Below, piece after piece: positions 51,390 to 63,064 of a stretch of 64,000 nucleotides of DNA. Under the pieces are notes generated by a model. It was given only the letters and a program-made list of their open reading frames with translations, ran no database searches and had not been told where the DNA came from. This DNA is from an uncultured cyanobacterium. Its GTDB lineage: Bacteria > Cyanobacteriota > Cyanobacteriia > Cyanobacteriales > CAWCAG01. The DNA lies in contig CAWCAG010000009.1 in the NCBI GenBank assembly GCA_963793425.1, positions 320,001 through 384,000 of the forward strand, written 5' to 3'. A program made the position numbers and the translations under genes. Numbering within the stretch: position 1 is the first letter of the stretch; every line of letters begins with the position of its first letter.

Positions 51390-52439
51390 TTAGCAATTAG
51401 CAATTAGCAATTCTCCCGGTTTAAACGCACCTTTTTCGGTAATTATCCTTGTAATTAAATTAGCTGGAGTAACATCAAACGCGGGATTATAATAATCAAC
51501 CCCTTCAGGACATATTGTCGTAGTGCCAATTTGATAAATTTCTCGCTCATCTCTTTCTTCAATAGGAATTTCTTCCCCCCCAGCTAGCTTAAAATCAACG
51601 GTAGACAGAGGTGCAGCCACAAAAAAGGGAACATCATGGGCTTTCGCTAATACCGCCAAACCATAAGTACCAATTTTATTAGCTGCATCACCATTAGCAG
51701 CAATGCGATCTGCCCCAACAACCACCGCATTAATTAACCCTTGCTTCAAACAATGGGCAGCCATATTATCAGTAATAACTGTCACCGGAATACCTTCTTG
51801 CACACATTCCCAAGCCGTTAATTTCGCCCCCTGAAGACGAGGGCGAGTTTCATCAGCATAAACCCTAGCTAGCCTGTTTTCCCGCCAAGCAGAGCGAATT
51901 ACCCCTAATGCTGTACCATAACCAGCAGTAGCTAAAGCCCCGGCATTGCAATGGGTAAGTATAGTTAACTGTGAAGGAGTAGGAGGTAAAATTTCTAAGG
52001 CGCGATCGCCGATTTGTTGGCAAGTAGATAAATCTTCTGTTTGAATAGCTTGGGCTGTTTTTAATAATACTTCTTTAATCTCTTCAACAGAACCTGAAGT
52101 TCCTTGGGCTTGTTGCAACATCCGTTCAATAGCCCAAAACAAATTAACTGCGGTGGGGCGAGTCTGGCGTAACTTTTGAGCAACTTCTTCTAATTGAACT
52201 AAAAATAAATCTCGCTTTTCGGTAGCAATTTCTGTTGCCCCCAAATACATCCCATAAGCCGCCGCAACACCAATAGCAGGCGCACCACGGACAATCATCG
52301 TCTTAATCGCCTTAGCCATTTCTAAGCTACTTTTGATAGCAATGGTTTGATATTCTTGGGGCAACTTGGTTTGATCTATCAATACAACATAATCTTCTTG
52401 CCAAATCACCGGAAAAATTGTTTGGGTTGTGTGATTCAT
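51390..52439 (-). CDS. mtnA: Methylthioribose-1-phosphate isomerase
   Basis: [41 protein letters not shown]. Confidence 0.95.
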   Translation of the reverse strand: MNHTTQTIFPVIWQEDYVVLIDQTKLPQEYQTIAIKSSLEMAKAIKTMIVRGAPAIGVAAAYGMYLGATEIATEKRDLFLVQLEEVAQKLRQTRPTAVNLFWAIERMLQQAQGTSGSVEEIKEVLLKTAQAIQTEDLSTCQQIGDRALEILPPTPSQLTILTHCNAGALATAGYGTALGVIRSAWRENRLARVYADETRPRLQGAKLTAWECVQEGIPVTVITDNMAAHCLKQGLINAVVVGADRIAANGDAANKIGTYGLAVLAKAHDVPFFVAAPLSTVDFKLAGGEEIPIEERDEREIYQIGTTTICPEGVDYYNPAFDVTPANLITRIITEKGAFKPGELLIANC

Positions 52440-52490
52440 TGTGATATTCTCCATTCACCAGAGTTACAAATAGTTTGATTATTTTTTAGT

Positions 52491-54077
52491 TTATATTTTC
52501 TTTTCTAAGATTCCTAAAAATGAAGATGAATATTCGCGTTTCCAGTGTTTTCTTTCATCTTTTCCAAGTTTCTTAGTAGCTTCTAGAATTGCTAACTTTC
52601 GTAGTGGAGAAGCTGCACTTATATTATCCTTAATTATAAGTGCTTCGTTTCTTGAGCCTCCTTTCGCTATAGCTAAAGCTGCATATCGTTTAGTGATTTC
52701 TGAATTAGAGTTTTGGTAGATGTTTGTAATCTCTTTTATGTAATTCCAGTCTTCTGAAGTACTAAATATGTATAGTATCCACATAAGGTAGTAATCAGGT
52801 GGGGGATTGTGCTTGTTAGTAAGTGGTTTTAATAACTTGTTCCCTATTTGTTTTTTTTCCGATTTAGTTATCTCTTTAAAAGACAATATGTATTTAGCAA
52901 TTTCTTCTGAAACTGGATAGAGTAGCCCAGCGTTATCAATAATGACATCTAGTATTTCGTGCTTTAGTTCATCTAACGAACCTGAAATACGAGGCAGCTT
53001 AGTAAGGACATACTTAACAATTTTGTAATCAACTAAAGATTTATCTGAAATAGATTTCTTAAGCATACTAAGAAGGTCAATAGCCTGGAACTCTTCTTCG
53101 ATAGCAGAAACTTCATCTTCATCAAGCTCTTCTTTTTCGTTGTCTCCATCTTTGTAACCCGTATCAAATTTTTGCAGTAGGGCAACAGCAGTATCTCTTT
53201 CCGACAAGTTTTTTCCAGGTGTTGCTGCAATCATCTTTTTGTATCTGGAGATTGTATATATTTTAGTTTTAGACGATTGCAATGTAAGTCCATGATTAGA
53301 ATAAAGCCACTCTCCTAAGCGAAAAAGACTTGCTTGTGCTTCATATTCCGATTTACAAAATACATGAAAGTCGTCTACCCAACGAACAAAATCAATCTTA
53401 TTGAAGGTTAAAAACGAATCTACATCAATTAATACTGCCTCTGCCAAAATTCTTGATGCGTAAGGACCGACAGGAATACCGTAGCTGTTAAGTTCCATTA
53501 GCTTAGAAATAAATTTCTTGACAAGAACACGAGCGACATCACTACTACGTGGATTGCAATCAAGAGTCTGAATCACGTTTTCAAGTCTATGCTGATATAT
53601 TCTAGGATAAAAATCTGCAATATCAGTGACTCCAACATACTTAACGTTTGCTTTTTTTGCTTTCTTGTTTAGTTGCTCTGTAAATAGACTATATCCTCCT
53701 CTGGAATCATATAGTCTATCTACCTTTTTGGTGTTTACCCGAAAAGAAAAAACTCGTTGAGTTCGTTTTGATAGCCGTTTTTTTTCTATATCATCCTTAA
53801 CTATTAGTGTCAGAGCTGTATAAATAATTAAGTCTTGAGGGTGTAAAAGATGAACTACTCTTATGTTTGCTCGGTTTTTGGGAGCAAATATCTTCATTGG
53901 CTTATATGGTTCGTATGTATCTAAATCTATCTTTTTTAGATCATCTTTTATATCTTGCCAATTGTTTTGCACCTCAGCCCACTCAACTGGCTCTGGAAGC
54001 ATTGCGCTATAGCCATGATGATTTATTGCAGACAAAGCATTATCTAATTCTTGTTCGCTAAGCTTAAACCCTGACAC
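52491..54077 (-). CDS. Reverse transcriptase, UG/Abi (defence-associated) type with C-terminal helical region
   Basis: TDIADFYPRI, GIPVGPYAS, catalytic FVRWVDDF, GLTLQSSKT; ~240-aa helical C-terminus; no maturase/HNH domain. Confidence 0.9.
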   Translation of the reverse strand: MSGFKLSEQELDNALSAINHHGYSAMLPEPVEWAEVQNNWQDIKDDLKKIDLDTYEPYKPMKIFAPKNRANIRVVHLLHPQDLIIYTALTLIVKDDIEKKRLSKRTQRVFSFRVNTKKVDRLYDSRGGYSLFTEQLNKKAKKANVKYVGVTDIADFYPRIYQHRLENVIQTLDCNPRSSDVARVLVKKFISKLMELNSYGIPVGPYASRILAEAVLIDVDSFLTFNKIDFVRWVDDFHVFCKSEYEAQASLFRLGEWLYSNHGLTLQSSKTKIYTISRYKKMIAATPGKNLSERDTAVALLQKFDTGYKDGDNEKEELDEDEVSAIEEEFQAIDLLSMLKKSISDKSLVDYKIVKYVLTKLPRISGSLDELKHEILDVIIDNAGLLYPVSEEIAKYILSFKEITKSEKKQIGNKLLKPLTNKHNPPPDYYLMWILYIFSTSEDWNYIKEITNIYQNSNSEITKRYAALAIAKGGSRNEALIIKDNISAASPLRKLAILEATKKLGKDERKHWKREYSSSFLGILEKKI

Positions 54078-54272
54078 TGATAGTTAACTATAACTTTGAG
54101 TACCTGAAACATCGCTAGTATAACGTGATAAACAATCTGTGTAACTAAACCTGGTTTGTCACTAAACCAATTATTTCCATAACGAAATATCCTTCGGACT
54201 CAAAAAGATTCTTAAAGATACTTTTTTATTGCCCCTGAAGCCTTATCCTAAATCCGGAAGCTGAATCTTTGA

Positions 54273-55571
<1,299 letters not shown>

Positions 55572-55590
55572 AATACTACAACTTTAATGA

Positions 55591-55636
55591 TTGTGCTGGG
55601 TTAAATACAACTGTTTGTGCTACCAACCCAGCACAA
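55591..55636. repeat. Inverted repeat (REP-like / bidirectional terminator) between convergent eno and mlaE
   Basis: TTGTGCTGGGTT...AACCCAGCACAA, perfect 12-bp arms. Confidence 0.75.
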
Positions 55637-55655
55637 CAAAAAGGCAAGAGACTTT

Positions 55656-55725
55656 CATACCAAATCCGGTCCATAAAGTTCTCAAACTCTTCTCCCTACT
55701 CCCTACCCCAACAGATAAGTCATGC
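55656..55725 (+). repeat. ~70-bp dispersed repeat, copy A
   Basis: CATACCAAATCCGGT..TAAAGTTCTC..CTACTCCCTACCC; inverted homolog at 58603-58673. Confidence 0.75.
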
Positions 55726-55745
55726 AACAAAGGCAGGATTTTGTC

Positions 55746-56507
55746 TCACACAACTGGTTCGCCAAATAATATTAAGGATAAGAAAAAATCCACCAGAAAA
55801 ATACAGATCCAAGTATTAACCACAGCTGCTGTTGCCGCTTGCCCTACTTCTTTGACCCCACCAAAAGTCGTCAACCCCCAACTACAGCCAATAATCCCGA
55901 TCAGAATACCGAAAATTGCCCCCTTAAGCAAAATACTGACTAAATCAGTAGGAGTCAAAAACTCCTGAACAGAATTCAAAAACACACGAGGGGCAAGGTG
56001 ATAAAAATGTGTTGCGGCGAAAATTCCCCCGGCAATACCTGTTACCAAGGCAATAATGGTAAGAATTGGTAACATGAGGCAACAAGCAACCACCCTAGGT
56101 AACACCAGGTAGTTAATTGGATCTGTTCTTAGCATATAAAGGGCTTCAATTTGTGCTGTCACCTGCATCGCCCCAATCTCCGCTGCCATTGCTGAACCCA
56201 CTTGCCCAGCCACAATACTAGCGGTTAAAATAGGTGCTAATTCTCGGCAAAAAGCTAAAGCAAAAGCCCCTCCCACCGCATTCACCGCCCCGAATTTTGC
56301 CAACTCCCGTGCCGTTTGGATTGTAAAAATCATCCCCGCAAAACCGGTTACCAACAAAACAGGAATCAGGGAACCGGGGCCAGAAATAGTCATTTGTTCC
56401 AGGGTTAAGCGATAATTAAATTTTCCTTGTAATAAACGTAGCAAAACCTGCCCCATCAAAAGCACAGCCGCAAAACATCGTCCGAAATTTGGTTGAGATG
56501 GGGGCAT
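55746..56507 (-). CDS. MlaE/TGD1-type ABC lipid transporter permease
   Basis: RELAPILTA, GSAMAAEIGAM, TDPINYLVLPRV, GVKEVGQAAT. Confidence 0.92.
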   Translation of the reverse strand: MPPSQPNFGRCFAAVLLMGQVLLRLLQGKFNYRLTLEQMTISGPGSLIPVLLVTGFAGMIFTIQTARELAKFGAVNAVGGAFALAFCRELAPILTASIVAGQVGSAMAAEIGAMQVTAQIEALYMLRTDPINYLVLPRVVACCLMLPILTIIALVTGIAGGIFAATHFYHLAPRVFLNSVQEFLTPTDLVSILLKGAIFGILIGIIGCSWGLTTFGGVKEVGQAATAAVVNTWICIFLVDFFLSLILFGEPVV

Positions 56508-56533
56508 ATTTTTTAAGTAATAAGTAACAAGTG

Positions 56534-58414
56534 ATGGCCAAAAACTCTCAAATACCTGCTGACTCTTTACCCCCCCATAATATCGAAGCGGAGGAGTCTA
56601 TTCTTGGTGGTATTTTGCTTGATCCCCAAGCTATGGGGCGAGTAGTAGATTTATTAACTATCGAAGCCTTTTATATCAAAGCACACCAATATATTTATCA
56701 AGCAGCCCTTAGTCTCCACGGGCAAGGAAAACCTGTGGATTTAATGACCCTGACAAGTTGGTTGGAAGACCATGATTTTTTAGAGAAAGTGGGAGGGACA
56801 GGCAAATTAGTTCAACTGTTAAACCGTACTATCTCTGCCATTAATATCGATCTCTACAGCAACTTGGTGATGGATAAATATGTGCGTCGCCAGTTAATTA
56901 CCGCTGGTCATGAGGTGGTGGATCTTGGTTATGATACAACCCTCGAATTAGACGTTACTTTAGATAAGGCAGAACAAAAGATATTTGGTCTAAGTCAAAA
57001 ACGGCCGCAACAAGGGCTAGTACCAATTTCCGCCACTTTAGTTGAAGCTTTTAATAACATTGAGAGTTTGCAACAAGAAGGTGGTTTACCAGGGCTAGAT
57101 TGTGACTTTTATGATCTAGATGCCATGACTAGCGGTTTCCAGCGTTCTGATCTCGTTATTCTTGCTGGTAGACCTAGTATGGGCAAAACAGCTTTAGGCT
57201 TAAATATAGCTGCTAATATTGCGAAAAAACATCGCTTACCTGTGGCTATTTTCAGTTTAGAAATGTCTAAAGAACAACTTTCTCAGCGACTTTTATCTAG
57301 TGAAGCAGAAGTTGCTAGTAATCGCTTGCGTTCTGGTAAAATTACTCAAAACGAATACGAACCGATTAGTTTAGCCATTGCCTCTCTTTCTGAGTTACCA
57401 ATCTTTATCGACGACACCCCTAACATGACAGTGATGCAAATGCGCTCCCAGTCTCGCCGTCTTCAAGCAGAACAGGGTAACAAGTTAGGTTTAGTATTGT
57501 TGGATTACCTACAATTAATGGAGGGTAGTGGCAGTGACAATCGTGTTCAAGAATTATCTCGCATTACTCGCGCCCTAAAAACTTTAGCTAGGGAAGTTAA
57601 TGCCCCAGTTATTGCCCTTTCTCAACTTAGTCGGGGGGTAGAGTCTCGTAACAACAAGCGTCCGATGATGTCTGATTTAAGGGAAAGTGGTTGCTTAACT
57701 GGGGATACTTTAATTGCTTTAGCTGATAGTCCCAAATCTATTCCCCTTCAGGATTTAATCGGCAAAGCAGGCTTTCGAGTCTGGGCTTTAAACCCCATGA
57801 CCATGAAGTTAGAAAAAGCCGTGGTTAGCCATGGTTTTTCTACTGGTATTAAGACTGTTTTTCGGCTGAAAACTAGCTTAGGAAGAACTATCAGGGCTAC
57901 AGGCAATCACAAGTTTTTAACTACAAATGGTTGGCAAAGGTTAGATAAAATACAGCAGGGAGATAAATTAGCCCTACCTTTTCTAATTCCTGATTACTCG
58001 ACAACAGCTTGCCAAAAAGGTGATCAATTAACTCAAGAAATCAACAATAACTTCCCTGCTTATTCTTGCCTCTTACCTTTCGCTTCTAATCTCCCTCAAC
58101 AAAGTGATGTGTATTGGGATGAAATTACTACTATTAAACTAGATAAAAAAGAAGAAGTTTTCGATTTAACTGTGCCGCAACACCATAACTTTGTTGCTAA
58201 CAATATCATTGTCCATAATTCCATTGAGCAAGATGCCGATTTAGTAATTATGCTCTACCGCGACTCTTATTATAACCCTGACTCTCCTGACCGAGACTTA
58301 GCTGAAGTTATTATCGCCAAACACCGCAACGGTCCCACAGGAACAGTAAAACTGCTTTTTCAACCAGAGTTAACCAAATTTCTCAATGTAGCCAATAAAC
58401 CAAACTCCTATTAA
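56534..58414 (+). CDS. dnaB: Replicative DNA helicase with intein
   Basis: PPHNIEAEE, GRPSMGKT, DYLQLM, SDLRESG|intein|SIEQDAD, KHRNGPTG. Confidence 0.97.
   Translation: MAKNSQIPADSLPPHNIEAEESILGGILLDPQAMGRVVDLLTIEAFYIKAHQYIYQAALSLHGQGKPVDLMTLTSWLEDHDFLEKVGGTGKLVQLLNRTISAINIDLYSNLVMDKYVRRQLITAGHEVVDLGYDTTLELDVTLDKAEQKIFGLSQKRPQQGLVPISATLVEAFNNIESLQQEGGLPGLDCDFYDLDAMTSGFQRSDLVILAGRPSMGKTALGLNIAANIAKKHRLPVAIFSLEMSKEQLSQRLLSSEAEVASNRLRSGKITQNEYEPISLAIASLSELPIFIDDTPNMTVMQMRSQSRRLQAEQGNKLGLVLLDYLQLMEGSGSDNRVQELSRITRALKTLAREVNAPVIALSQLSRGVESRNNKRPMMSDLRESGCLTGDTLIALADSPKSIPLQDLIGKAGFRVWALNPMTMKLEKAVVSHGFSTGIKTVFRLKTSLGRTIRATGNHKFLTTNGWQRLDKIQQGDKLALPFLIPDYSTTACQKGDQLTQEINNNFPAYSCLLPFASNLPQQSDVYWDEITTIKLDKKEEVFDLTVPQHHNFVANNIIVHNSIEQDADLVIMLYRDSYYNPDSPDRDLAEVIIAKHRNGPTGTVKLLFQPELTKFLNVANKPNSY
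57692..58219 (+). other. DnaB mini-intein (176 aa, no homing endonuclease)
   Basis: Starts CLTGDT, block B TGNHKFLT, ends VFDLTV..HNFVANNIIVHN followed by Ser. Confidence 0.93.
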
Positions 58415-58602
58415 ACTTTTAAGCCATTAACCATTAGCAAAATAATGAAATCTGTTCCTTTCTTAAAAATAGACAATCAAACTTTAACCTTAAAACAAGT
58501 TGTCAGATTATCTCAATCTTCGGGGGGATGGCAAAGTTGGCCCTGTCAGGATAAGTCAGTTACCAGAAAGCTTGAAAGGTGATACCAAACTGGTGCTTAC
58601 TA

Positions 58603-58673
58603 GCACAGGTTATTTGTGAGGGTAGGGAGTAGAGAGCAAGGGTTGGAGAACTTTAGTAACCGGATTTGATATG
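58603..58673 (-). repeat. ~70-bp dispersed repeat, copy B (inverted)
   Basis: Minus strand CATATCAAATCCGGTTACTAAAGTTCTC..CTACTCCCTACCC, similar to 55656-55725. Confidence 0.75.
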
Positions 58674-58681
58674 TAATAAAA

Positions 58682-59725
58682 TTACTCGCCATCAGCAATA
58701 GCGCGATCGCGACCTTGAGCCTTAGCTTTGTAAAGGGCCTGATCTGCTGCTTGAATCAAGGTTTCGGGGGAAGTTTGGGCTGTAGGAGTAAAAGCAGCTA
58801 CTCCTAAACTTAAGGAAACATATTTAAAAGGAGAAGCTTCATGAATAACACCCAAGGCTTTAACCTTATCACGAATTTCCTTAGCCACTTTCAAAGCGCC
58901 GTTAATATCAGTATTGGGCAAAATCACAGCTAACTCTTCTCCACCATAACGGGCTGCCAAATCCGTAGCTCGCTTAGCTTCATTGGCAATCAGGGCAGCA
59001 ACTTTTTGTAAACAATCATCCCCAGCTTGATGTCCATAGGTATCGTTATAGAGTTTAAAAAAGTCAATATCCCCTAAAACTAAAGCTAGTGGTAATTTTT
59101 CCCTAGCCATGCGCCGCCACTCTTGGTTGAGGTATTCGTCAAAACAACGGCGGTTAGCTACTTGAGTTAATCCGTCTAGGGTAGCTAGGCGTTGTAGTTC
59201 TTGGTTGGCAACTTCTAGTTGTCTATAAAGACGAGATTGTTGAATCAATCGCCTTACCCTCTGGCGCAAAACTGGCCAGTGAATCGGTTTAGTGACAAAA
59301 TCCGTTGCCCCCGCTTCAAAAGCCCTATCTACAGATTCTTCGTCCTCTAAACCTGTAATCATGAGTACCGGAGTTCGTTCGATGGAAGTAAGTAAGCTAT
59401 CTGCTTGGTTCCAGAGAATATGTTCTTCTTGACGAGCAAAAATTTCTTCAATTCGTTCTTTAGGAAGAGCAGAAAAACGCTTTTTAGATAAACTTAATAA
59501 ATGACCGCAACAAGTAAAGCCATCCATGACAGGCATCATGGCATCGAGTAGTACAATATCTGGGGTAAATTTTTTGTAAACAGCTAAACACTCTTCGCCA
59601 TTAGCTGCTTCCACAACTTTATATCCTTCCTTCTCCATCACATGGCTGATGATCTGTCGCATAATTTTATCATCATCTGCCACAAGAATAAGGGGTTGCA
59701 CCGAATCAAGAGAAGAGGAGTTCAT
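58682..59725 (-). CDS. PleD-like receiver-GGDEF diguanylate cyclase
   Basis: Receiver ILVADDD, DIDFFK.YND.YGH, RYGGEE; ATG overlaps the upstream TGA (ATGA). Confidence 0.92.
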   Translation of the reverse strand: MNSSSLDSVQPLILVADDDKIMRQIISHVMEKEGYKVVEAANGEECLAVYKKFTPDIVLLDAMMPVMDGFTCCGHLLSLSKKRFSALPKERIEEIFARQEEHILWNQADSLLTSIERTPVLMITGLEDEESVDRAFEAGATDFVTKPIHWPVLRQRVRRLIQQSRLYRQLEVANQELQRLATLDGLTQVANRRCFDEYLNQEWRRMAREKLPLALVLGDIDFFKLYNDTYGHQAGDDCLQKVAALIANEAKRATDLAARYGGEELAVILPNTDINGALKVAKEIRDKVKALGVIHEASPFKYVSLSLGVAAFTPTAQTSPETLIQAADQALYKAKAQGRDRAIADGE

Positions 59726-60477
59726 TGTAGATATTGACTTTTTTTCTGACTTAATGCTTTGTGAACTCGTTTGTACTCTGCTTCTAGTTTGCATACTAAG
59801 GCTGTTTCCATTACAGTGCCATGGTTAGCTACTTCTTCTACCTCAAGACATAGCTCGTTTATTTTCAAAGCTCCCAAGATCGCACTGCTAGATTTTAAAG
59901 TATGGGCAGCATTTTCTAATTGAATTAAGTCACCTTCGGTAGCAGCTTTTTTAATATTGTTAATCAGTGAAGGTGCATCTGTCAGGTAGCTATCAATTAC
60001 TTCTATAATGCCCTCAAAGGTATCATCTCCCACCATTTCCATGAGATTTTCCCAAGCTTGAGCGTCAATTACCTCTAGATTATTCTCCTCAGCTTCAGGT
60101 TCCGAGGTTTCTTGAGCCAACTGATAGGTTTTTAGCACCTCAGCTAAAATTTCCATTTTCACTGGCTTGCAGATATAATCGTCCATCCCTGCTTCTAAAC
60201 ACTCGTCTTTGTCGGCAACAGCAGAATTAGCTGTAACAGCAATAATGCGAGGGCGAGTTTCAGCAGACCATTCTTGACAAATATGACGAGTTGCAGATAT
60301 CCCATCCATTTGAGGCATTTGAATATCCATGAGTACTAGATCATAATGCCGAGTGCGTAAAGCCGCTAATACCTCTAACCCATTTACAGCTAAGTCAGCT
60401 TCATAGCCTAGGCGTTTGAGCATTTTTAAGGCAACCTTTTGGTTAACGATGTTGTCTTCTGCTAAGAGAATTTTCAA
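59722..60477 (-). CDS. Receiver-Hpt phosphorelay protein
   Basis: ILLAEDN, MDIQMPQMDG, AHTLKSSS. Confidence 0.88.
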   Translation of the reverse strand: MKILLAEDNIVNQKVALKMLKRLGYEADLAVNGLEVLAALRTRHYDLVLMDIQMPQMDGISATRHICQEWSAETRPRIIAVTANSAVADKDECLEAGMDDYICKPVKMEILAEVLKTYQLAQETSEPEAEENNLEVIDAQAWENLMEMVGDDTFEGIIEVIDSYLTDAPSLINNIKKAATEGDLIQLENAAHTLKSSSAILGALKINELCLEVEEVANHGTVMETALVCKLEAEYKRVHKALSQKKSQYLQ

Positions 60478-60557
60478 GGGACTTTTCTTCCTAGATTTGC
60501 GTCACTCTACATAAACTAAAAAGTAAGCAAAAACATTTACATCAAAGGGAAATTCTT

Positions 60558-62816
60558 TCACTCAATTTCGCTAACACGATAAAGATTTAGAATATCACCC
60601 ATTTGGCGAATTTTCTGGCAGCAATTTTCTAATTGTTGGCGATCGCGGACATCAACCCCCAGGTAAATTAAAGCTGGTTTACCATAACTAGTTTTCACCT
60701 CAGCTTTGCGGACATTGACGTTTTGGTCGCTTAAACGAGCTAAAATATCCTTTAATACTCCCACGCGGTCGATAACTTCAATTTGAATGTTGACAGGATA
60801 AGTTTGAGGGCGTTCATTACCATGACTAGGATTCCAATTAACTGGAACTAGACGTTCTCCAGGGACATTTTCCACATTTTGGCAACCTTGGCGGTGAATG
60901 GCAATCCCCTTAGAACCGCGAGTTACTACACCAATAATTGATTCCCCTGGTAAAGGGTTGCAACAGCCAGCAATATAATAAACCAACCCCTCAACCCCAG
61001 CAATGGGAGATTTAGATTTGGTTTTAGCTTTGCTATTGGCTAAACTGCGTATTTTGTATTCATTATTAATTTCTGCTTCAGGGGAAACTTGTTCAATTGC
61101 TTGTTGGGCTTTAACCTCCTCCCGTAGCTTATTAACTGCCGAATTTAAGGTAATTTCTCCATAACCAAGGGCCGCCAACAAATCTTCTACCCCTTGATAG
61201 TTACAGCGTTCGGCGACAATTTGCATCGGTTCGGATTTCAAAGCAGCAGTTGAACCGTTTTTACCTAATTCTTTTTCTAATAATTCCCGACCACGAGCAA
61301 CATTTTCCTCTCGGTTAGAGCGCTTGTACCATTGGCGGATGCGGTTACGGGCGCTGGGAGTGACCACGAAATTTAACCAATCTAGGCTGGGGTGACAGTT
61401 TTTCTGGGTGATGATTTCGACAATATCTCCATTTTGCAAGGCTGTATCTAAAACACTCCAACGGCCATTAACCCTGGCCCCCTTCATGTGATTTCCCACT
61501 TCAGTATGAATGCGATAGGCAAAATCTATCGGAGTTGCTCCCCTAGCCAAAGGAATTACATCTCCTTGGGGAGTAAAAGCATAAACATCGTCGTCAAATA
61601 AATTGTCCTTAAGGCTCTCTACATATTCTTGATCGTCTTTGAATTCTTTTTGCCACTCTAATAATTGCCGCAACCAAGTAAATTTTTCTTCCTCGGTTTC
61701 CATTTTGATATTATTAGAACCACCGCTCTCTTTATATTTCCAGTGGGCGGCAATACCATACTCAGCAATATGGTGCATTTCTAGGGTACGGATCTGTACT
61801 TCCAAAGGACGACCGCTTGAGCCAACGACAGAAGTGTGGAGAGATTGGTAGCGATTAGGTTTCGGTAAACCAATATAATCTTTAAATCGGCCTGGAATTG
61901 GTTTAAAAGAGTCGTGAACTATAGCCAGGGAACGATAACAACTTTCTTTACTCTCAACAATAATTCTCAGGGCGGAAATATCATAAATTTCGTTAAATTC
62001 TTTTTGCTGCCCTTCCATTTTTTGGTAAATACTATATAAATGTTTGGGGCGACCCTTAATTTCCCAAACATTAATGCCGATTTCCCGCAAACGTTGGCGC
62101 AATTGTTCTATGGCTTGTTCAATCCTAACTTCGCGATCAACCCTTCTTTCACAAATTAAGTCTTGAATTTCTTGGTAGGCTTCCGGTTCTAAATATTTAA
62201 AACATAAATCTTCTAATTCCCATTTAAAACGCCCAATACCTAAGCGATTAGCTAAAGGAGCAAAAATTTCTCTGGTTTCTGTGGCGATGCGCTTTTGCTT
62301 TTCGGGGTTTAGATGTTCCAGGGTTCGCATATTATGGAGGCGGTCGGCTAATTTAACCACGATGACCCGAATATCTTTGGTCATAGCCATAAACATACGA
62401 CGGAAGTTTTCGGCCTGACGCTCAGTTTTGCTAGAAAACTGGAACTTAGATAATTTAGTAACTCCTTCTACTAAGTTCCTGACTTGAACCCCAAAACGCT
62501 CTTCTATTTCTGCTAAGGTAATTTCTGTATCTTCAACCACATCGTGAAGAAAACCCGCTGCGATCATTTCGCTATCTCCTCCCAAATCTCGCAGCAAACC
62601 TGCTACAGCTACTGGATGAGCAATATAAGCTTCTCCTGATTTGCGATACTGCCCTTTGTGGAGTTGATAGGCAAATTCAAAAGCACGACAAATCAGGCTG
62701 GTATCTTCGCGCTCTGATTCTGAAGAATGATAGCTTAGTAAACATTGATTGAGCCACTCAGGAAGTTCAAGATCAAGAGCAACAGGAGTGGTAGTAGTTA
62801 GGGTAGTTGCATTCAT
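60558..62816 (-). CDS. spoT: Bifunctional (p)ppGpp synthetase/hydrolase (RelA/SpoT)
   Basis: HD domain LHDVVEDT, KLADRLHNMRTL, YQSLHT, EVQIRT, TGS and ACT domains. Confidence 0.95.
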   Translation of the reverse strand: MNATTLTTTTPVALDLELPEWLNQCLLSYHSSESEREDTSLICRAFEFAYQLHKGQYRKSGEAYIAHPVAVAGLLRDLGGDSEMIAAGFLHDVVEDTEITLAEIEERFGVQVRNLVEGVTKLSKFQFSSKTERQAENFRRMFMAMTKDIRVIVVKLADRLHNMRTLEHLNPEKQKRIATETREIFAPLANRLGIGRFKWELEDLCFKYLEPEAYQEIQDLICERRVDREVRIEQAIEQLRQRLREIGINVWEIKGRPKHLYSIYQKMEGQQKEFNEIYDISALRIIVESKESCYRSLAIVHDSFKPIPGRFKDYIGLPKPNRYQSLHTSVVGSSGRPLEVQIRTLEMHHIAEYGIAAHWKYKESGGSNNIKMETEEEKFTWLRQLLEWQKEFKDDQEYVESLKDNLFDDDVYAFTPQGDVIPLARGATPIDFAYRIHTEVGNHMKGARVNGRWSVLDTALQNGDIVEIITQKNCHPSLDWLNFVVTPSARNRIRQWYKRSNREENVARGRELLEKELGKNGSTAALKSEPMQIVAERCNYQGVEDLLAALGYGEITLNSAVNKLREEVKAQQAIEQVSPEAEINNEYKIRSLANSKAKTKSKSPIAGVEGLVYYIAGCCNPLPGESIIGVVTRGSKGIAIHRQGCQNVENVPGERLVPVNWNPSHGNERPQTYPVNIQIEVIDRVGVLKDILARLSDQNVNVRKAEVKTSYGKPALIYLGVDVRDRQQLENCCQKIRQMGDILNLYRVSEIE

Positions 62817-63064
62817 AGGGTTGGTGAATTTTTGAGAGTAAGAAGTAAGAATTATCTTAGGTAGGGAGAAAGCTTATAGATTTAGAGTAATCTTTTATTT
62901 TTGATAAGAGAATTTTTTTGCTGATTTGCTTAGGCTTTTAATCTAGGTAAGATCAAGAATCTCTCTAGGAATGAGTTGCTTGGTTGCCAACAGCAATTTG
63001 CAAACCCACCAGAGTAGTAAAAAGACAATATTATAGATATAAAGTTTAACTCAAAATGCTATTA

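Noticed and set aside
52491..54077. Absence of HIP1 in the RT gene as proof of horizontal transfer
   Set aside because: At about one HIP1 per 2 kb in this window, a 1.6-kb gap is not significant.
55591..55968. 125-aa plus-strand ORF
   Set aside because: Made of intergenic repeats plus the antisense of mlaE.
58445..58582. 45-aa ORF resembling the N-terminus of a cyanobacterial PpiC-type isomerase
   Set aside because: Similarity is short and from memory only; too weak to call.
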